Assembly (NCBI GenBank): GCA_026770705.1
Contig: JANJGN010001184.1
Location: forward strand, 124,001 to 177,742
DNA: 53,742 bases
Origin: Isurus oxyrinchus
Taxonomy: Eukaryota
Reading direction: 5' to 3'
Both the position numbers and the translations under genes were made by a program. The notes under the pieces were generated by a model, which ran no database searches, was not told where the DNA came from, and worked only from the letters and a program-made list of their open reading frames with translations. Below, one piece after another: positions 49,084 through 53,742 of this stretch. Within the stretch, counting starts at the first letter, position 1. Each line of letters begins with the position of its first letter.

Positions 49084-51189
49084 GTGAGGTGAGAGTGACT
49101 GCCTTTGACATCAAGGCTGCATTTGACCGAGTGTGGCATCTAGGATCCCGAGCAAAACTGGAGTCAATGGGAATCAGGGGTGGTACGAAATTATAATAAT
49201 TTGCATAATATTTTCCTGGTTTGTTGTAAACTAGGTTTATGGGTGTGAGTGTAGATGTGTCTGTCTGTGTGGTTTAATTACATCTGGAGTCAGGTAGACT
49301 GCAAGTTTGAGATTATCAGAAGAAGCTAGGTGTAGAAATGTACTTGAAATGCTAATGAGTGAACATAGAGGCTTTCTTTGCATGTGAGGTGAGAAAGGGA
49401 ATTTGCATTTTTAGATAAGTGACGTGATTGTTTGGATTTCAAAGGGCTGTTGGTCTGTTTACAACGAGGCCGATATGCAAGGCAAAGGAGTGTGTTTATT
49501 TTTCCCACAGGTTATTGACAACATTGGCAACATGAAAGTTTTTATATTATGGGAAAAGTATAATTCCCAAGACATTTGGAACAATGAAATTTACATATCA
49601 AAGAGAGAGAAACATCAACAAAGGAGAATGAAAGGCTATTTTGGGGACCATGTAAAATCTAACAAGAGTGTGTGAATCAGCCTTGAAGAAGCCTCCAGGC
49701 ATTTGTCCATAGGTCTGTTATGTTCAGTGACTGTCGTTCGAGAAAGCCATTTGGAAATCCACTCTCAAGTGTGTTTTGTGTTAACTTGCTGGTTTTGTTT
49801 TTAAATCTGAAATCTATTTTGGTTTATTGCCTAAAAGGAGTTTTACTGCTCACTTCCAGACTTCCCAATGCCTGACCACCATCTTCAAGGTTAATTAGGA
49901 AGTTTAGGATTTGTTATAGTAGTAACCGTATCCTTATGTGTGCGCTTTAAATCTTAAATAAATATTAAAATTTAATTTTTAAGATCTCTAAATGTCTTGG
50001 TTGACACATTACTCCTGAATTCAGTGCACACATCTCATAATAAATACAAATTGCAAAACCGTTGTGATAGTGTGACCAAGTTTCCCTTGTGGATTTGGTC
50101 TCCTGGCACACATCATCTACCACATCATAACAGAGGGAAAACTCTCCACTGGTTGGAGCCATACCCAGCACAAAGGAAGATAGTTGTGGTTGTTGGAGGT
50201 CAATCATCTCAGTTCCAGGACATCACTGCAGGAGTTACTCAGGGTAGTGTCCAAGGCCCAACCACCTTCAGCTGCTTCATCAATGACCTTCCTTCCATCA
50301 TAAGGACAGAAGTGTGGATGTTCACTGATGATTGCACAATGTTCAGCACCATTCACGACTCCTCAGATACTGAAGCAGTCCTTGTCCAAATGCAGCAAGA
50401 CCTGGACAATATCCAGACTTGGGCTGACAAGTGTCAGGCAATGACCATCTGCATAAGAGAGAATCTAACTATCGCTCCTTGATGTTCAATGACATTACCA
50501 CTGCTGAATACCCCACTATCAACATCCTGGTGGTTACCATTGACCAGAAATTGTACTGGACCAGCCATAAAAATACTGTGGTTTCAAGAGCAGGTCAGAG
50601 GCTGGGAATCATGCAGTGAGTAACTCACTCCAGACTCCCCAAAACCTGTCCACCGTCTTCAAGGCACAGGTCAGGAGTGTGATGGAAGACTCTCCACTTG
50701 CCTGGATGAGTGCAGCTCCAACAAGATTCAATAAATTCAACACCACTCAGGACAAAGCAGCCCCACTAGTTCAGCTCCCCATCCACAAACATTCACTCTC
50801 TGCACAACCGACACACAGTAGCAGCAGTGTGTACCATCTACAAGGTGCACTGCAGGAACTCACCAAAACTCCTTAGGCAGCACCTTCAAACACACGACCA
50901 CTACCATCTCAAAGTACAGGTCAGCAGATACATGGTAACACCACCACCTGGAAGTTACCCTCCAAGTCACTCACTATCCTGACTTGGAAATATATCGGCC
51001 GTTCCTTCACAGTCACTGCGTCCTAATTCTGGAACTCCCTCCCTAACAGCATTGTGGGTGTACCTACACCACATGGACTGCAACAGTTCAAGAAGGCAGC
51101 TCATTACCATATTCTCAAGGGCAATTAGGGATGGGCAATAATTCTGGCCTCGCCAGTTCCGTCCACATCCCATAAATGAATATAAAAAA
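49084..51189 (+). mobile_element. 5'-truncated CR1-clade LINE interrupted by a solo LTR (49181-50132)
   Basis: FDIKAAFDRVWH, then AGVTQGSVQGP..FINDLP..MFTDDCT, an A-rich tail and flanking acaag repeats. Confidence 0.85.
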
Positions 51190-52179
51190 CAAGCAATTAA
51201 AATGCTCAGACATTTCTCTATATTGTTTTTCAAATGAAATACCATACTCTGGTGAATAACTGAATTCTCCAAGGCACCATTTCCTGTTATCACATGCCCT
51301 TTTCATTATTTACAATCATGTACCTTCGTTTGTAATGTAACATTCCATGTAAACATGTCACACTGTAGTTACAACCTCCTGCCAGTGGCGGTGCTCTAGT
51401 GTCATAGTTTTACCTCTCAGAAGATGGAGGAAATATATCCACTGTGTTTACAATATTAGAAAAACTCAGGGGTGACCAGGGGATTCTTTAGGTCATGTTT
51501 ACGATGTTTGTTAAGATACAAGGGGCCAGTTGGATTTTTCCTACTGCGTTTACAATGTTGTTAAGACAGGATTCGGGTGAAAGATGACCTTCAACCCATC
51601 ATCCCTCTCATGCCGCGAGGGAACAATAGGCTTAAGTCAGGGCCTGGCAGTTCGTGGGAACAGTCCCTGTGCCCGATTGGATAGGCTCAAAGTGAACCCA
51701 ATGTTGGGTCTTGAGCCTCAAGATCCTGGAACAGCCACAGAGTGGACACCTCGGATGGATGTCAAAAACCCCATGGACACTTTTTTGGGTGAAGTGTAGG
51801 GGGTGGGTATGGAGTCGGGTGGGGCAGTTATCCCCAGTGTCCTGGGACCAATATTTATCCCTAAACCAACATCATTAAAAAAAAACAGATGTTCTGGGTC
51901 TGTATCTCACTGCTGTTTGTGGGATCCTGCTGTGCAGAAATTGTCTGCCATGTTTCCTACTGTTCCACAGCATCCACTGTTCAAAAACATTTCTCAGGGA
52001 ATGAAGGACTATCTGTGAAGTGCAGATCCCCGTTGTAATGTAGGAAACACCACAGTCAATTTGCGCACAGCAAGCTCCCACAAACAGCAATGTGAGAATG
52101 AGCCAGACCATCTGTTTTTAGGGTGTTAGTTGGGGGTAAATATTGGCCCCAGTATTCTAAGGCACTCGATACAGGGTTG

Positions 52180-52865
52180 AATTTAAGAAGTTTTTGAAGT
52201 GTCCGGCACAGTTTTCTAAAGCTCCTCTCAGACCCCACCTGTAGTCACTGGGGTCAGTCCTGGACCCCGCACCTCAGGGAGGGGATGTTGTCCTCGGAGG
52301 GGCTGCAGCCCAGAGTCACCAGAACGATCCCGGGGCTGAAAGGGTTAAATCCCGAGGACAGGTTGCACAGACCAGGCTTGTGTTCCCTCGAGTCTCGAAG
52401 ATTAAGGGGTGATCTAATCGAGGGGTTTAAGATGATTAAAGGCTTTGTTACGGGCAATAGAGAGAAACTATTTTCCTCTGATGGGGGTGAGGTGAGGGGG
52501 TGGGGGTGGGGGTGGGGGGTGGGGGTGGGGGTGAGGGTGGGGGGGTGGGGTGGGGGTGGGGGTGGGGGTGAGGGTGGGGGTGGGGTTGAGGTGAGGGAGG
52601 GTTCAGAACAAGGGGGCAGAACATTAACATTGGAGCCAGGCCGTTCAGGGGGTGATGTCAGGAAGCACTTCTTCACACAAAGCGGGGGTGGGAAATCTGG
52701 AACTCTCTCCCCCAGAAAAAGCTGTCGAGACTGGGAGGGGGTCAATTGTAAATTTCAAAACTGACATTGGGAGATTTTTGTTGGGTCGGGGGTTAAGGGT
52801 CACGGAACCGAGGCGGGTGGATGGGGTTAAGATACAGATCGGACGTGATGTAGTCAAATAGCCGA
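52180..52865 (+). mobile_element. CR1 3' fragment with G-rich expansion
   Basis: LESRRLRGDLIEGFKMIKG..RKHFFTQ. Confidence 0.8.
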
Positions 52866-52869
52866 AACA

Positions 52870-53480
52870 GATGAGGATGAGAATGAGGAAGATGAGGAGG
52901 GAGATGAGGAGGGGGATGAGGAGGGAGTTGAGGGTGGGGATGAGGAGGGGGGATGAGGAGGGGGAAAGGGAGGGGGAAGGGGCGGGGGATGAGGAGGGAC
53001 ATGAGGAGGGGGAAGAGGATGAGGAGGGAGATGAGGGGAATGAGGAGGGAGATGAGGGGGATGAGGAGGGGGAGATGAGGAGGGGGAAGAGGATGAGGAG
53101 GGAGATGAGGAGGGGGATGAGTAGGGAGATGAGGAGGGGGAGGGGAATGAGGAGGGAGATGAGGGGGATGAGGAGGGGGATGAGGAGGGGGAAGGGAGGG
53201 GGAAGGGGCGGGGATGAGGAGGGACATGAGGAGGGGGAAGAGGATGAGGAGGGAGATGAGGGGAATGAGGAGGGAGATGAGGGGGATGAGGAGGGGGAGA
53301 TGAGGAGGGGGAAGAGGATGAGGAGGGAGATGAGGAGGGGGATGAGGAGGGAGATGAGGAGGGGGAGGGGAATGAGGAGGGAGATGAGGGGGATGAGGAG
53401 GGGGATGAGGAGGGGGGACATGAAGAGGGGGATGAGGAGGGGGATGAGGAGGGGGATGAGGAGGGGGAGGGGGAGGAGAC
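52870..53480. repeat. GA-rich low-complexity repeat (GATGAGGAGGGG)n
   Basis: Direct inspection; includes an internal duplication of about 225 bp. Confidence 0.95.
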
Positions 53481-53742
53481 ACAGGGTCTTCACCATTGAC
53501 CCACCCACCTCTCAAATGGGCCTTTCTGAAGGCCCCATTTTTTATTGGTGCCCGAGGGACCCGACCCCCACCGGACCCTCCCCTGACCCCTCACCGCTCC
53601 GGGGTCACCCAGTCGGACTGCTATTCTAGTCCACATCACCCCCTACCCACCCCCACTCCCACCCCCCACCCCCACACCCACACCCCACCCCCACCCCCAC
53701 CCCCAACCCCACCACCCCCTACCCACCCCCACCCCCACCCAC

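Noticed and set aside
52645-53629. 240-287 aa Pro/Leu- or Arg/Glu/Gly-rich ORFs
   Set aside because: Products of a GA-rich simple repeat.

Overview
Eukaryotic, repeat-rich vertebrate DNA. The CR1/L2 LINEs, the 33-bp CAGTGCAGCACTCCCTCAGTACTGACCCTCCGA SINE-derived minisatellite and the Penelope-type repeats suggest a cartilaginous fish (inference). The window holds a + strand tandem cluster of CD33/MAG-type Siglec-like Ig receptor genes that can be rebuilt exon by exon from GT/AG sites and intron phases. Gene A (leader upstream of the window; V-set 2372-2740, C2 4056-4352, C2 7197-7478, TM 9189-9328) encodes a short-tailed receptor with an Arg in the TM, the activating type. Genes B (about 11.6-16.0 kb) and C (about 16.9-23.3 kb) are pseudogenes. 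Gene D (leader 26158-26197, V 27091-27459, C2 28775-29071, C2 33318-33599) has a near-identical ectodomain. After an assembly gap (33608-33974) it is followed by a different TM exon (34071-34167) and five tandem ~3.05-kb cassettes, each with an in-phase linker exon and a terminal tyrosine-motif exon. Four tails carry FLYANP + TEYAQI (broken ITIM + ITSM) and the last carries LFYANI + TEYTQI (canonical ITIM + ITSM). The locus looks like a paired activating/inhibitory Siglec-like system with a possible array of alternative signalling tails. The rest is LINE, LTR, MITE, Penelope and satellite sequence, and most short ORFs in the track are spurious.
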